This document shows, in pieces, positions 24,303-34,313 of a stretch of DNA of 64,000 nucleotides (its first letter is position 1; each line of letters begins with the position of its first letter). Position numbers and translations under genes: made by a program. This stretch comes from an uncultured Gemmataceae bacterium (GTDB taxonomy: Bacteria > Planctomycetota > Planctomycetia > Gemmatales > Gemmataceae), in assembly GCA_963750165.1 (NCBI GenBank), contig CAVVPN010000003.1:3456001-3520000 (forward strand), given 5' to 3'. The notes under the pieces are model-generated. The model was not told where the DNA came from. It saw only the letters and a list, made by a program, of their open reading frames with translations, and searched no databases.

Positions 24303-24764
24303 ATGAGCTTCAAACTGGATCGCGTGACCCTCTGGTCGGGCGAGGTGGCGGACCAGGTCGGCGGGGCCGCCACCAAGCTGTCGGCGCTGGCCCAGGCCGG
24401 GGCCAACCTGGAGTATGTCTTCACCAAGCGCCTGCCGGACAAGCCGGGCAAGGGCGTGCTGTACGTGGCGCCCGTGACCGGCCCGGCCCAGGTGAAGGCG
24501 GCGCGGGCGGTGGGCCTGCACGAGGCCGACCATCCCGTGGTGCGCCGCATTGAGGGCATCAACGAGGCGGGGCTGGCCCACAAGGTAACGCAGCAGTGGG
24601 CCATCGCCGGCATCAGCCTGCAGGGCCTGACGATGGCGGTGCTGAACAACAGTTTTGTCGGCTATGCCGCCTTCGACACCGTCGAGGACGCCAACCGCGC
24701 CGCCCAGATCCTCGCTGACCTCGGCTGGGCCGCCCACCAGCCCGCCGCGAAACCGCAAGCGTGA
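24303..24764 (+). CDS. Tandem ACT-domain (amino-acid-binding) protein
   Basis: Two ACT-like units (DQVGGAATKLSALAQAGANLEYV and NEAGLAHKVTQQWAIAGISL), with strong coding bias. Confidence 0.75.
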   Translation: MSFKLDRVTLWSGEVADQVGGAATKLSALAQAGANLEYVFTKRLPDKPGKGVLYVAPVTGPAQVKAARAVGLHEADHPVVRRIEGINEAGLAHKVTQQWAIAGISLQGLTMAVLNNSFVGYAAFDTVEDANRAAQILADLGWAAHQPAAKPQA

Positions 24765-24771
24765 GCAAGCG

Positions 24772-24871
24772 GGGATTCACCACAAAGACACAAAGAGCAC
24801 AAAGAAGACAGAAGAAAATAATTCAATTCTTCTGTCTTCTTTGTGCTCTTTGTGTCTTTGTGGTGAATCCC
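24772..24871. repeat. Long palindrome, family A (CACAAAGA-periodic arms), between convergent genes
   Basis: 45-bp perfect inverted arms around a 10-nt loop. Confidence 0.9.
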
Positions 24872-24876
24872 TGGAC

Positions 24877-26658
24877 CTAGCGCCCCGCCGGCGCGCTGCC
24901 GAGTTCCATCTGCGCCGCCTGCAGGATCGCGGCGGTGTCGTCGTCCTGCACCAGCGCGATCACCCGCAGGTTGGCGAAGCGCAGCGGCCGGTCGGTGCTC
25001 GGGAACTCCTGCTTGGTCGCCGCGTAATTGTCCAGGTACTTGTTGAGGTTCTTGCGCAACTCGCCCAGGTCAATGCTGGCGGTGTGCCGCAGCGCCTTGT
25101 CCTTGATGGCGACGCCCTCGACGCCGCCAGGGAAGGCGCGGACTACCTGGTGATGGAAGCGGAGCCGGTTGCCGCCCACGTAGCGGATCGTCTCCTCCAC
25201 CAGCAGCAGCCGCAACTTCACATTGCCGCCCTTCACCTCCGTGACGTTGGCCTCGATGCTCACCTTCTCGCCGGCGAGGCTGGCGCGGACGGCCACCTTC
25301 GCCCCCGCGGCCGTTTCCAGCAATGGCTCCAGCGCCGCCCGGTATGCCTCGTACTTCTGTTCGGCGGCCGCCATCGGGCCGCCACCGCCCGGCAGCACCT
25401 TGCCGTCGAGCAGCGTCGTCGGCGTGCCGCGCACCTGGTTGGGGAAGTGCTTGCGGTAGTAGTCCCAGCGAGCCTCGCTGGCGGGATTGGTCATCGGGTC
25501 CGGTCCCGGGATGTGCATGTGATACTGGATCAGCACCACGTCCCTGGGCTGGTACGTCTTGAGCAGTGCGTCGAAGGCCACGTCGGCGGCGACGCACGGC
25601 GGGCACTGCGCCCCGGTGAACAACTCCATGACGACGGCCCGGTCGCTGGTGCCCTTGCGGCCGGCGAACTCCTTCGCCTTGAACGGCGGCACCTTTTTCA
25701 GATATTCGCGGTCCGCGGCATCGTTCAAGCGTGCGTCCACCGCCTGGGCCTCGGCGGTCTTGCCCAGCCGCCGCAGCGCCGCCTCCAGGGCCGTCAACAC
25801 GGCCTTCTGGCGTTCCGGACTGGTTTTCTTGTCGAGCAACCGCTCCGCCCGCTGGGCCTGCTCCAGCGCCAGCGCCTCCATCTTCTCCTGGGCCAGCAGC
25901 AGTTTGGCCAGCTCGGCGGCGGCGTACAGGTCGTAGCGCTTGCCGTAGGTGGCGGCCACGCGGTTGACGGCCGTCGCCCACGCCCTGGCCTCGTCGGCGG
26001 TCACCTTGAATTTTTCGGGATCGCGCAGCAGGAACAGCACCAGGTCCACGACCACCGGGCTGTCGGGGTGACGCGTGACCGCCTCGCGGTACAGCCCCGG
26101 GGCCTCCTTCTTGACGCCCTTCAAGGCCGCCTGATATTCCTGGATAATCAGCGTCTTTTCACCCTGGTCCTTGGCGTCGGCCAGCTGTTTGAGCAGCTCC
26201 TGCGCCCTGGCGTGGAGGCCCGCCAGCTTTTTCAGCGGCGGCAGATCGAAGGCAATCGTCATCTCCTTGCTGATTTTACCCGCCCGGGCCGGCGCCAGGG
26301 TTGCGGCCGCCAGGGCGTCTTCGCTGCCGTAGGAGCCCCGGAAGGTCTTGCCGCCCGGAGCGACCACGCCCTCAAAGGTGTAAGTTTTGTCGCGGGCCTG
26401 CACCTCCATGCGCAGGACGCCGTTCTTGTAGGTGACGGCCTTGACCTCCTGGTTCTTGACCGGGGCGTCCAGCACAACGCCGATCCACTCCTTGTTCACC
26501 CTGGCGAACCGGAGCAGGGCCACGGGCCTGACGACGCCCTGCTCGCCCGCCACCGTGCTCAGCGTCCAGGTGCCGGTGAGCACCACGTCGCCGCCGGGCG
26601 CCAGCGGCGCCAGGCCGAGCAGCGCCAGCAGACAAAACGCGAACCGTTTGCTGTTCAT
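24877..26658 (-). CDS. Exported protein with a helical region and C-terminal thioredoxin-like (DUF1223/Omp28-like) CPPC domain, paralog 2
   Basis: Signal peptide MNSKRFAFCLLALLGLAPLAPG and motif VVMELFTGAQCPPCVAAD...LIQYHMHIP. Colinear with the neighbouring gene. Confidence 0.7.
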   Translation of the reverse strand: MNSKRFAFCLLALLGLAPLAPGGDVVLTGTWTLSTVAGEQGVVRPVALLRFARVNKEWIGVVLDAPVKNQEVKAVTYKNGVLRMEVQARDKTYTFEGVVAPGGKTFRGSYGSEDALAAATLAPARAGKISKEMTIAFDLPPLKKLAGLHARAQELLKQLADAKDQGEKTLIIQEYQAALKGVKKEAPGLYREAVTRHPDSPVVVDLVLFLLRDPEKFKVTADEARAWATAVNRVAATYGKRYDLYAAAELAKLLLAQEKMEALALEQAQRAERLLDKKTSPERQKAVLTALEAALRRLGKTAEAQAVDARLNDAADREYLKKVPPFKAKEFAGRKGTSDRAVVMELFTGAQCPPCVAADVAFDALLKTYQPRDVVLIQYHMHIPGPDPMTNPASEARWDYYRKHFPNQVRGTPTTLLDGKVLPGGGGPMAAAEQKYEAYRAALEPLLETAAGAKVAVRASLAGEKVSIEANVTEVKGGNVKLRLLLVEETIRYVGGNRLRFHHQVVRAFPGGVEGVAIKDKALRHTASIDLGELRKNLNKYLDNYAATKQEFPSTDRPLRFANLRVIALVQDDDTAAILQAAQMELGSAPAGR

Positions 26659-26689
26659 CGCAGTCTCCTTTGGCCAATGTCAGTCCTCG

Positions 26690-26753
26690 GGCGAGCGGCG
26701 CGGCGTCAGCCCGCCGGCAGAGCCACCGGCGGGCTGACGCCGCGCCGCTCGCC
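26690..26753. repeat. Palindromic repeat, family C (GGCGAGCGGCGCGGCGTCAGCCCGCCG)
   Basis: Perfect inverted arms; a second copy lies at 34210-34277. Confidence 0.85.
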
Positions 26754-26763
26754 AGACAAGAAT

Positions 26764-28554
26764 TTAGCGTCCTTCCTTGTCGCCGCCGACCTCCACCTGC
26801 GTCGCCTGCAGAATCTCGGCGGTGGTGTCGTCCTGCAGCATGGCGATCACGCGCAGGTGGGCGAAGTCCAGCGGCCGCTCGGTTTTGGGGAACGGCCGCT
26901 TGTTCGCGGCGTAGTCGTCCAGGTAACGGTTGAGGTTCTTGCGCAACTCCACCAGATTGATGTCGGCGCTATGCTTGCTGCTGCCGCCCTTGACCGCGAC
27001 GCCTTCGACGCCGCCGGGGAACGCCCGCACCACCTGATGATGGAAGCGAATCTTGTTGCCGCCGACGTAGCGGATGGTCTCCTCCACCAGCAGCAGCCGC
27101 AACTTCACGTTGCCGTTGTCCTTCAGCCCCCTTACGGTCGCCTCAATGCTCACCTTGTCGCCGATGCGGTTGGCGCGGGCCGCCAGCTTCGCCACCGACT
27201 TATCCTCCAGCAGCGGTTCGATGACGCCGCAATACTGTTTGTACTTGCCCGGCCCCTGGGCCATGCCGCCACCGCCGCCCGGCAGCACCTTGCCGTTGAA
27301 CAGCGCCGTCGGCACCCCGCGCACCGTGTCGGGGAAGAGCTTGCGGTAGTAGGCCCAGCGGGCTTCCGTGTCCGCGTTGGTCATGGGGTCAGGGCCGGGG
27401 ATGTGCAGGTGATACTGGATCAGCACCACGTCCTTCGATGGGTACGTCTTGACCAGGGCGTCGAAGGCCAGGTCGGCGGCCACGCACGGCGGACACTGGG
27501 CGCCGGTGAACAACTCCATGACCACCGCCCGGTCGCCCTTGCGGCCGGTGAACTCGTTGAGCTTGATCGGCGGCAGCTTCTTCTGATAGTCGCGGTCCAG
27601 CGCCGTAGTCACCTGATCGAGCCGCCCGGCGATGGCTTTCGCCTCGGTGGCCTTGCCGAGCGTTCGCAGCGCCCCGTGCAGGGCGGCCAGCACGTCGGCC
27701 TGCCGTTCCAGGCTGCTGTGCTGGTCGAGCAAGCGCTCGGCCCGCGTGGCCTGCTCCAGCGCCACCAGCGCCAGGTCGGACTGCATCAGCGCCAGCCTGG
27801 CGATTTCGGTGGCGGCGTACAGTTCGTAGCGCTTGCCGTGGGTGGTAGCCACCCGGTTGGCGGCGGCGGCCCAGGTCTTCACCTCGTCGGCGGTCAGCTT
27901 GGCCCTGGCGGGGTTGCGCAGCAGGGCCAGCACCACGTCCACGACCACCGGGCTGTCGGCGTTCCTGGCCACCACCTCGCGGTACAGCGGCACGGACTCC
28001 TTCTGCACGGCCTGGACTGCCGCCTTGTATTCCTTGAAGAGTTTGGCTTGCTCGTCCTTGTCCTTGGTTTTGGAGTACTGTTTCGCAATGTCCTGCACCC
28101 GGGCGTTCAACGCGGCGACCTTCTTGAGTGCCGGCACGTCGAAGGTGACGGTCATGTCCTTGGTGATTTTTTCTGCTTTGGTGGGCGACAGGCTCGCCGC
28201 CGACAGCGCCGCGTCGTTGCCGTAGGAGCCCTTGAAGTGCTTGCCTCCCGGGGCGACCACGCCTTCAAACACGGTCTCCGAGCCGGGGGCGGGTTGCACC
28301 ACCAGCCGCAGCGTGCCGTCCTTGAGCGTGACGCTCTTGACCTCGGTCTTCTTGAACGAGGCAGCCACCACGGTGCCCGTCCACTCGTTGTTCACCCTGG
28401 CAAAGCGGAGAATAGCCACTGGCCGCTCCGTCGCCGATACGCCCGACACCACGCCCAGCTTCCAGGTGCCCGTAAGATCGACCTCGCCGCCGCGCACCGC
28501 CGGCGCCAGGCTGAAGAGTGCCAGCAGACACCACGCCAACCGTTTGCTTGCCAT
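26764..28554 (-). CDS. Exported protein with thioredoxin-like (DUF1223/Omp28-like) CPPC domain, paralog 1
   Basis: Signal peptide MASKRLAWCLLALFSLAPAVRG, the same ELFTGAQCPPC motif, and RBS GAGGGAG. Confidence 0.7.
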   Translation of the reverse strand: MASKRLAWCLLALFSLAPAVRGGEVDLTGTWKLGVVSGVSATERPVAILRFARVNNEWTGTVVAASFKKTEVKSVTLKDGTLRLVVQPAPGSETVFEGVVAPGGKHFKGSYGNDAALSAASLSPTKAEKITKDMTVTFDVPALKKVAALNARVQDIAKQYSKTKDKDEQAKLFKEYKAAVQAVQKESVPLYREVVARNADSPVVVDVVLALLRNPARAKLTADEVKTWAAAANRVATTHGKRYELYAATEIARLALMQSDLALVALEQATRAERLLDQHSSLERQADVLAALHGALRTLGKATEAKAIAGRLDQVTTALDRDYQKKLPPIKLNEFTGRKGDRAVVMELFTGAQCPPCVAADLAFDALVKTYPSKDVVLIQYHLHIPGPDPMTNADTEARWAYYRKLFPDTVRGVPTALFNGKVLPGGGGGMAQGPGKYKQYCGVIEPLLEDKSVAKLAARANRIGDKVSIEATVRGLKDNGNVKLRLLLVEETIRYVGGNKIRFHHQVVRAFPGGVEGVAVKGGSSKHSADINLVELRKNLNRYLDDYAANKRPFPKTERPLDFAHLRVIAMLQDDTTAEILQATQVEVGGDKEGR

Positions 28555-28634
28555 TGCAATCTCCCTCAAACAAAACGGGATATTCCAGGTAAGGAACTGA
28601 TCTTACGGCAGCGCCGGGCCACTTGCAAGCAGGA

Positions 28635-28720
28635 GGATTCGCCACAAAGACACAAAGGACACAAAGAAAGACCCAACCTTCGGTCTTCCTTTGTGCTCTT
28701 TGTGTCTTTGTGGCGAATCC
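28635..28720. repeat. Long palindrome, family A
   Basis: GGATTCGCCACAAAGACACAAAG...CTTTGTGTCTTTGTGGCGAATCC. Confidence 0.85.
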
Positions 28721-28723
28721 GCT

Positions 28724-28971
28724 TAGAGCGGTTCACAGCCGCGTGGATCACGCCCCGTAGGACGGCTCTCCAGAGCCGTCTCCGAGACAAGGACGGCTCT
28801 GGAGAGCCGTCCCACAGGCTGTGCGCAAACCAAGTGTGAACCGCTCTAGAGCGGTTCCCAGTCGCGTGGACTACAAGTCGTGGGACGGCTCTCCAGAGCC
28901 GTCTCCGAGACAAGGACGGCTCTGGAGAGCCGTCCCACAGGCTGTGCGCAAACCAAGTGTGAACCGCTCTA
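28724..28971. mobile_element. Two tandem MITE-like units (123-bp period) with TA-flanked terminal inverted repeats, each carrying a REP doublet
   Basis: TA-GAGCGGTTC...GAACCGCTC-TA at 28724-28848 and 28847-28971, sharing the middle TA, with near-identical right halves. Confidence 0.7.
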
Positions 28972-29239
28972 ATTCGCCTTCGCCGGCAATTTCATGTGCA
29001 GGTTGCGCACCAGGAACGCGAGCTGGTCCGCCGCCTCTTCAATGATTTTACTGGTCGGCCGGCCGGCGCCGTGGCCGGCACGCGTCTCAATGCGCGCCAG
29101 CACCGGCGCCGTACCCGTCTGGCAGTATTGCAGCCTGGCGATGAACTTGAAGCTATGGCTCGGCACCACGCGGTCGTCGGTGTCCGCGGTGGTCACCAGC
29201 GTCGCCGGGTAGCTGGTGCCCTTTTTGAGATTGTGGTAC

Positions 29240-30759
29240 CTTGGCAGTCGCACTTTTCCGAGTGCTCAAACCGCGAGATTTACGCAGTTTTTCAGCGCTT
29301 CGATGAGTTTCAGGAGTTCCGTTGCATCGGCCGACTTGGGTTTAATTAGGGCGTTCAAAGTCGCCCGCCGCAACACGGCAACCATATGACGCAACGACCA
29401 TTCACTCTCCCAGGGTCCCATCACTTGGCGCAATTCCTCCGCCTCCGGCAACTGCCGACCGGCGGTAAGATACCACACCATCACGACGCTCTGCAACGAC
29501 CACACCCACGGCGCCACCTTCTCCACCGCTTCCCGACTGTAGTGTTGTGGCGCCTCGAGGTCCAGCACCTGTTTGCTCGCCCGGAACAGTACCTCAATGG
29601 ACCAGCGCCAGGCGAACTGCGTAATCACCCACCCCACGTCCGCACGCACGTCGGTCGTGAACAGGTAGGCATCGTCCAACTTCCCGTCCGGGTCGCGCAC
29701 CACCACCACCTGCACCGGCCGCAACCCCAACACCCGCGGCCACACCGCCCGGTAGGCGAACGCCCGCAGGACGCGCTGCTCCCCGTAGACGGTCACCGTC
29801 ACCGCCTGCCACACCCAGTCCCCGGTGGCCACGCGCTTACGGTCGGCCTTGGCGGCGGCTGCTTTGGGGTTGGGCAGACGCGGCCCCTTCTGCGCCTTGC
29901 GGCCGCGCCGGCCGGGCTTGGCCTGAGGCAGACGCGGGTCGTACACGGCCGCGTCGCCGCGCAACCGGCCGACGAAGGTCACGCGCTCGTCCAGGTCCGC
30001 CAGCAGCGCTTGGGCCGCGTAAGCGCCGTCGGCCACCAGGGTAAAGCGCCGGCCGGGGAACCAGGCCAGCACTTCGGCGAGCAGCGCGCGCGCCAGCAGT
30101 GGGCAGGACGGCTGCGCCTGGCCGGGCCGGTGCAACCGGGCCAGCAAGGGCAACGCCAGGATCGGGGCGTTCGCGAAGGGCAGGCAGACGGCGACGGCGA
30201 CGACCACCCAGTTGTGCCCCGCGGCCGTGGCGGTGCGTTTGCGGGTCGAGGCGACGGCATCGCGGAACCAGCCGAGGCCCCAGACGTGCTTGCCGCGCTT
30301 GTGGGCCAGGGTGTCGTCCACCAACAGCGTGATGGTGCCGCCCAGGTGGAGGCGCGTCAGGATGAGGACGGCGACGTGGTAGGCCAACCCGGTCACGGTC
30401 CAGGCGGAGCGCGCAAAGAAGTTGTAGGTGGTGTCCAGGCCGTGGCGCCGGGAATGGTCCCGCAAGTCTTGGGGTTGGGCGGTGTCGGCGACGCGACAGA
30501 GGCGGTGCTGGCCCAGGCACATCACCCAGCCGAGCACGAGTTGGCAGTGGGTGTGGAACGAGGGCAGGGTGAAGGCCGGGGCGAGGGCTTGGACGATGGG
30601 CTGGAGAGAAGCTATCATCAGCCACATGAGGGGCTCCTTCCGGCGAGTGCATGGCTTGAGAACCTATGCACAAACTTAGGAGGAACCCCTCTCTCTTTCT
30701 GCGACAGCCCCGTGACACTATCGGTGTTCGTCTGTTCATGGAAGCGTGCGACAGTTCAG
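29240..30759 (-). mobile_element. Insertion sequence, 1,520 bp, IS701-like, with GTAC target duplication
   Basis: GTAC at 29236-29239 and 30760-30763. Imperfect terminal IRs CTTGGCAGTCGCACTTTTCC / CTGAACTGTCGCACGCTTCC. Removing the element restores the peptidase frame. Confidence 0.9.
29266..30627 (-). CDS. DDE transposase (IS701 family / DDE_5-like)
   Basis: LLVDDT, VADGAY and RWSIEVLFRASKQ motifs; intact 453-aa ORF with a GGAG RBS. Confidence 0.88.
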   Translation of the reverse strand: MWLMIASLQPIVQALAPAFTLPSFHTHCQLVLGWVMCLGQHRLCRVADTAQPQDLRDHSRRHGLDTTYNFFARSAWTVTGLAYHVAVLILTRLHLGGTITLLVDDTLAHKRGKHVWGLGWFRDAVASTRKRTATAAGHNWVVVAVAVCLPFANAPILALPLLARLHRPGQAQPSCPLLARALLAEVLAWFPGRRFTLVADGAYAAQALLADLDERVTFVGRLRGDAAVYDPRLPQAKPGRRGRKAQKGPRLPNPKAAAAKADRKRVATGDWVWQAVTVTVYGEQRVLRAFAYRAVWPRVLGLRPVQVVVVRDPDGKLDDAYLFTTDVRADVGWVITQFAWRWSIEVLFRASKQVLDLEAPQHYSREAVEKVAPWVWSLQSVVMVWYLTAGRQLPEAEELRQVMGPWESEWSLRHMVAVLRRATLNALIKPKSADATELLKLIEALKNCVNLAV

Positions 30760-32775
30760 GTACGGCGAATATTTGAGCAGCACTTTGAACTGCTCCGGGT
30801 CATCGGGGCTGCCGTAGTCATCGACCCAGTAGCGGCCCGCCGTGAACTTGTGGAAGCGCAGCATGTCCATGACGCCGACCGCCGGCAGCGCCGCGCCGAA
30901 CAGCTCCGGCCGCTGCGTCATCACGGCGCCGACCAGCAAGCCACCGTTGCTGCCGCCCTGGATCGCCAGCCGCTTCGGCTGCGTGTACTTCTCCCGAATC
31001 AAATACTCCGCCGCCGCGATGAAGTCGTCATACGCCTTCTGACGATTGAGCTTGACCGCCGCCTGGTGCCACTCCTTGCCGTACTCGCCGCCGCCGCGAA
31101 TGCACGCCTGGGCGTAGATGCCGCCCATCTCCAGCCACGCCAGCTTGGTAATCGAGAACGTTGGCGTCAGCGGGATGTTGAAGCCGCCGTAGCCGTACAG
31201 CAGTGTTGGGTTGTCGCCGTTGAGCTTCAGGCCCTTCTTGTAGCTCAGGAACATGGGCACCTTCGTACCGTCCTTGCTGTGGTAGAAGACCTGCTTGACT
31301 TCGTAGTCGTCCGGGTTGAACGGCACCTTCGGTTGGCGGAAGATTCTACTATCACCGTCCTTGAGGTTGTAGCGGTAAATGGTCGGCGGCGTTGTGAAGC
31401 TGGTGAAGGTGTAGAATGTCTCGAATTCGTTGCGCTTGCCGCTGAAGCCACCGGCGGTGCCGATGGTCGGGAACGCCACGTCGCGGACGAAGGCGCCGTC
31501 CAGCTTGTACATCTTCACCTGCGTGCTCGCGTCGTGCAGGTAATTGCACACGAACATCTCACCGATGAGGTGGGCGCCCACCATGTTATCTTTCGCCTGC
31601 GGAATGATCGCCTTCCAGTTTTTCTTGGCGGGTTTGCTCACGTCGATGGCGATGATGCGGCTGCGCGGGGCGGCGTTGTCGGTCTTGAAGAAGAACGTGC
31701 TGCCGTTATTCCCCAGGAAGGCATACGCGGCCTCGAAGTTATCAATCAAATCGACCGTCTTCGCGTCCTTCTCCTTGAGGTTCTTGTAGGTGATGCGGTA
31801 GCGGCGGTCGGTGCCCTTCCAGGTGTAAATGACGAGCCAGTTGCCGTCCTCGCTCACGTCGCTGTCGAAGCCCCATTCCTTGTGGTCGGGCCGCTCATAG
31901 ACAATGGCGTCCTCGCTCTGCGGTGTGCCGACCTTGTGGTAGCATAGCTTGGCGTTATAAACCAGGCCCTGAAACTCCTCGCCCTTCTTGGGTTCGGGGT
32001 AGCGCGTGTAGAAAAAGCCCTTGCCATCGGGCGTCCAGTCGGCGCTGGTGAACTTGACCCAGCGCAGCTCATCGGTCATCAGCTTGCCACTGGCCACGTC
32101 CATGACGTACCACTTGCTCCAGTCCGAGCCGGCCTCGCTCTTGCCGTAGGCCAGCAGCTTGCCATCATCGCTGACCGACAGGCCGCTCAGCGCCACGGTG
32201 CCGTCCTTCGACCAGGTGTTCGGGTTGATGAGCACCTTGGCCGGCGCGTCCAGCGACTTCTGCCAGTACAGCACGCTCTGGTTCTGCAAGCCGTCGTTCT
32301 TGGTGTAAAAGTAACGGCTGCCCGCCTTCAACGGGGCGGAGTAGCGCTCGTAGTTCCACAGCGCGGTCAGGCGCTTCTCGATGCGCTTGCGCTCGGGGAT
32401 GGATTCCAGGTACTTGTTCGTGACCTTGTTCTGCTCCTCGACCCAATCCTTGACCTCCGGGGATTTGCGCACGTCCTGTTCGAGCCAGCGGTAGGGGTCG
32501 GGCACCCGGGTGCCGTGCAGCGTCTCCTTGAAATCGGTGCGTTTGGTCGCGGGGTATTTGATCGACTCCTCGCCGGCGTGACTGACCGACATGAACAAAA
32601 TTCCTCCCAGGACGGCGGCGGCGCGCCAGGCTGTTCCTCGCATCGGACTCTCCTCGGGTGATGTGAACGGGCGACCGACTCCCCTCAGAGTACGCAGCGG
32701 CCGCGGCAACGGGGAGGTCGATTGCGCGAACCCGGGCAGCGGCTTCGGTTGATCCAATCTCGACGTATGAAAAAG

Positions 32776-32806
32776 TTGGCCCCCTTGGCCCCCTTGGCCC
32801 CCTTGC
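32776..32806. repeat. 9-bp tandem repeat (TTGGCCCCC x3) in a divergent promoter region
   Basis: Read directly from the sequence. Confidence 0.7.
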
Positions 32807-32967
32807 TCAGTCAACCCACGCCACCCCATGTCGCCCCGTGCCCCTACTCCGACCGCTCTTCACACCACCCCTCGCCGCTGACCTTGCCGGTTTTTCTGAA
32901 GATTCCGCCTGTCAACTGCCGAAGATGTCACGGGCGAGCGGGATGCAAGGGCTGTGAGGATGACCCC

Positions 32968-34191
32968 ATGCTGTTCCTGACCTACTGGTTCGTCCTGTTC
33001 GGCGCCGTTGTGTTCCCCGCCTACTGGCTGATCCGCCACCCGCCGACCCGGCTGGCCCTGCTGTGCATCTGTTGCGTGGTCTTTCACACGCACTTCGCCG
33101 GCCCCGCGGGCGTGCTGCCCATCGTGGTCCTGAGCGTCCTGGCGTACCTGATCGGCCGGACGCGCAACCGCACCGCCTGCCTGGCGGGCATCGCCGTGTG
33201 CGTGGCCGCGCTGGTCTTCTACAAGTACACCAAATTCCTCTGCCTGGAACTGCTCGCCAGCGTCTGGCGCCACGGCGGCACCGAATCCTTCAAGTTCCTC
33301 GGCCCGTGGGTGCCGGAGGTGCCGCCACTGGCCGTCAGCTTCTTCGTCTTCGAGTTTGTCCACTACCTCTACGATGTCCGCCGCGGCGCGGAGCCGCTCC
33401 GCTCGCCGCTGGACTTCGGCCTGTTTTCGATCTTCTGGCCCAGTATCGTTGCCGGCCCCGTCAAGCGCTACGAGGAGTTCGTGCCCGCCCTGCACCAGGG
33501 GTTGCGCAACGTTTGCAGCCGCGACGTGGCCCTGGGCTGCATCCTGATCGCCATCGGGCTGGTGAAGAAATTCGTCGCCGACAACCTGACCGCCTACCTG
33601 GAATTCCAGGTGCCGCAGTTCGCCAAACTCGGCGCCTCCGGTCAGTGGCTGGTGTTCGTGGGCATCGGTCTGCGTATCCTGTGGGACTTCAGCGGCTACA
33701 GCGACATGGCCATCGGCCTGGCGCGGTTGTTCGGCGTGCGGTTGCCGGACAACTTCCGCTGGCCGTACCTGGCCACGAGCATCACCGACTTCTGGCACCG
33801 CTGGCACATTTCGCTGAGCCGCTGGATTCGTGATTACGTTTACATCCCCATCGGCGGTAGCCGCTGCGGCCTGGTGCGCAAGGTGTTCAACGGCCTGTTC
33901 GCCTTCGCGCTGTGTGGGCTGTGGCACGGGGCAGCCTGGAACTTCCTGTTCTGGGGTCTGTACCACGGCCTGGGGTTGGCGGTGTGCTCGAACTATCGCA
34001 CCGCCCTGGGCCGCGCTGGCGAGGCCGTCCACGGCTGGTTCGACCGCAACCGCATTGCTGCCTGGGCCCTGACCATGCTGTTCGTGAACATCGGCTGGCT
34101 GTTCTTCTTCTACCCGGTGCCGGCCGCGCTGAGCATGCTCACGCTCCTGGTGGCGAACCTGAAACCCGGGTTTGGGCTGCGGCCCGGTTAA
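32968..34191 (+). CDS. MBOAT-family O-acyltransferase (AlgI/DltB-like)
   Basis: Multiple TM segments and motifs IVAGP, DFSGYSDMAIG, FWHRWHISLSRWIRDYVYIPIGG and catalytic-His GLWHGA. It has no C-terminal FIYxxF tail. Confidence 0.93.
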   Translation: MLFLTYWFVLFGAVVFPAYWLIRHPPTRLALLCICCVVFHTHFAGPAGVLPIVVLSVLAYLIGRTRNRTACLAGIAVCVAALVFYKYTKFLCLELLASVWRHGGTESFKFLGPWVPEVPPLAVSFFVFEFVHYLYDVRRGAEPLRSPLDFGLFSIFWPSIVAGPVKRYEEFVPALHQGLRNVCSRDVALGCILIAIGLVKKFVADNLTAYLEFQVPQFAKLGASGQWLVFVGIGLRILWDFSGYSDMAIGLARLFGVRLPDNFRWPYLATSITDFWHRWHISLSRWIRDYVYIPIGGSRCGLVRKVFNGLFAFALCGLWHGAAWNFLFWGLYHGLGLAVCSNYRTALGRAGEAVHGWFDRNRIAAWALTMLFVNIGWLFFFYPVPAALSMLTLLVANLKPGFGLRPG

Positions 34192-34209
34192 GAAGCAGCA
34201 TTTGGCTTT

Positions 34210-34277
34210 GGCGAGCGGCGCGGCGTCAGCCCGCCGTGCAGTCCCCGACACGGCGGGCTGACGCCGCGCCGCTCGCC
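34210..34277. repeat. Palindromic repeat, family C
   Basis: Same arms as 26690-26753 with a different loop. Confidence 0.85.
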
Positions 34278-34313
34278 AAAGAGGTAGGGACGTTTTCAAC
34301 CGGAGGGAGACCC

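Larger units (their letters stand above)
28969..32643 (-). pseudogene. Prolyl oligopeptidase (S9A) interrupted by an IS
   Basis: The 5' part (32643-30760) has a signal peptide, DPYRWLE, YGYGGFN and GGSNGG, ending at KYSPY. The 3' part (29239-28969) continues [25 protein letters not shown]...AGHGAG. Confidence 0.93.

Noticed and set aside
24655..28839. 1394-aa plus-strand ORF
   Set aside because: Antisense to two well-formed paralogs and runs through palindromic repeats.
28724..28971. Repeats as a mini-CRISPR
   Set aside because: The units are palindromic doublets with near-identical intervening sequence, not repeat-spacer units.
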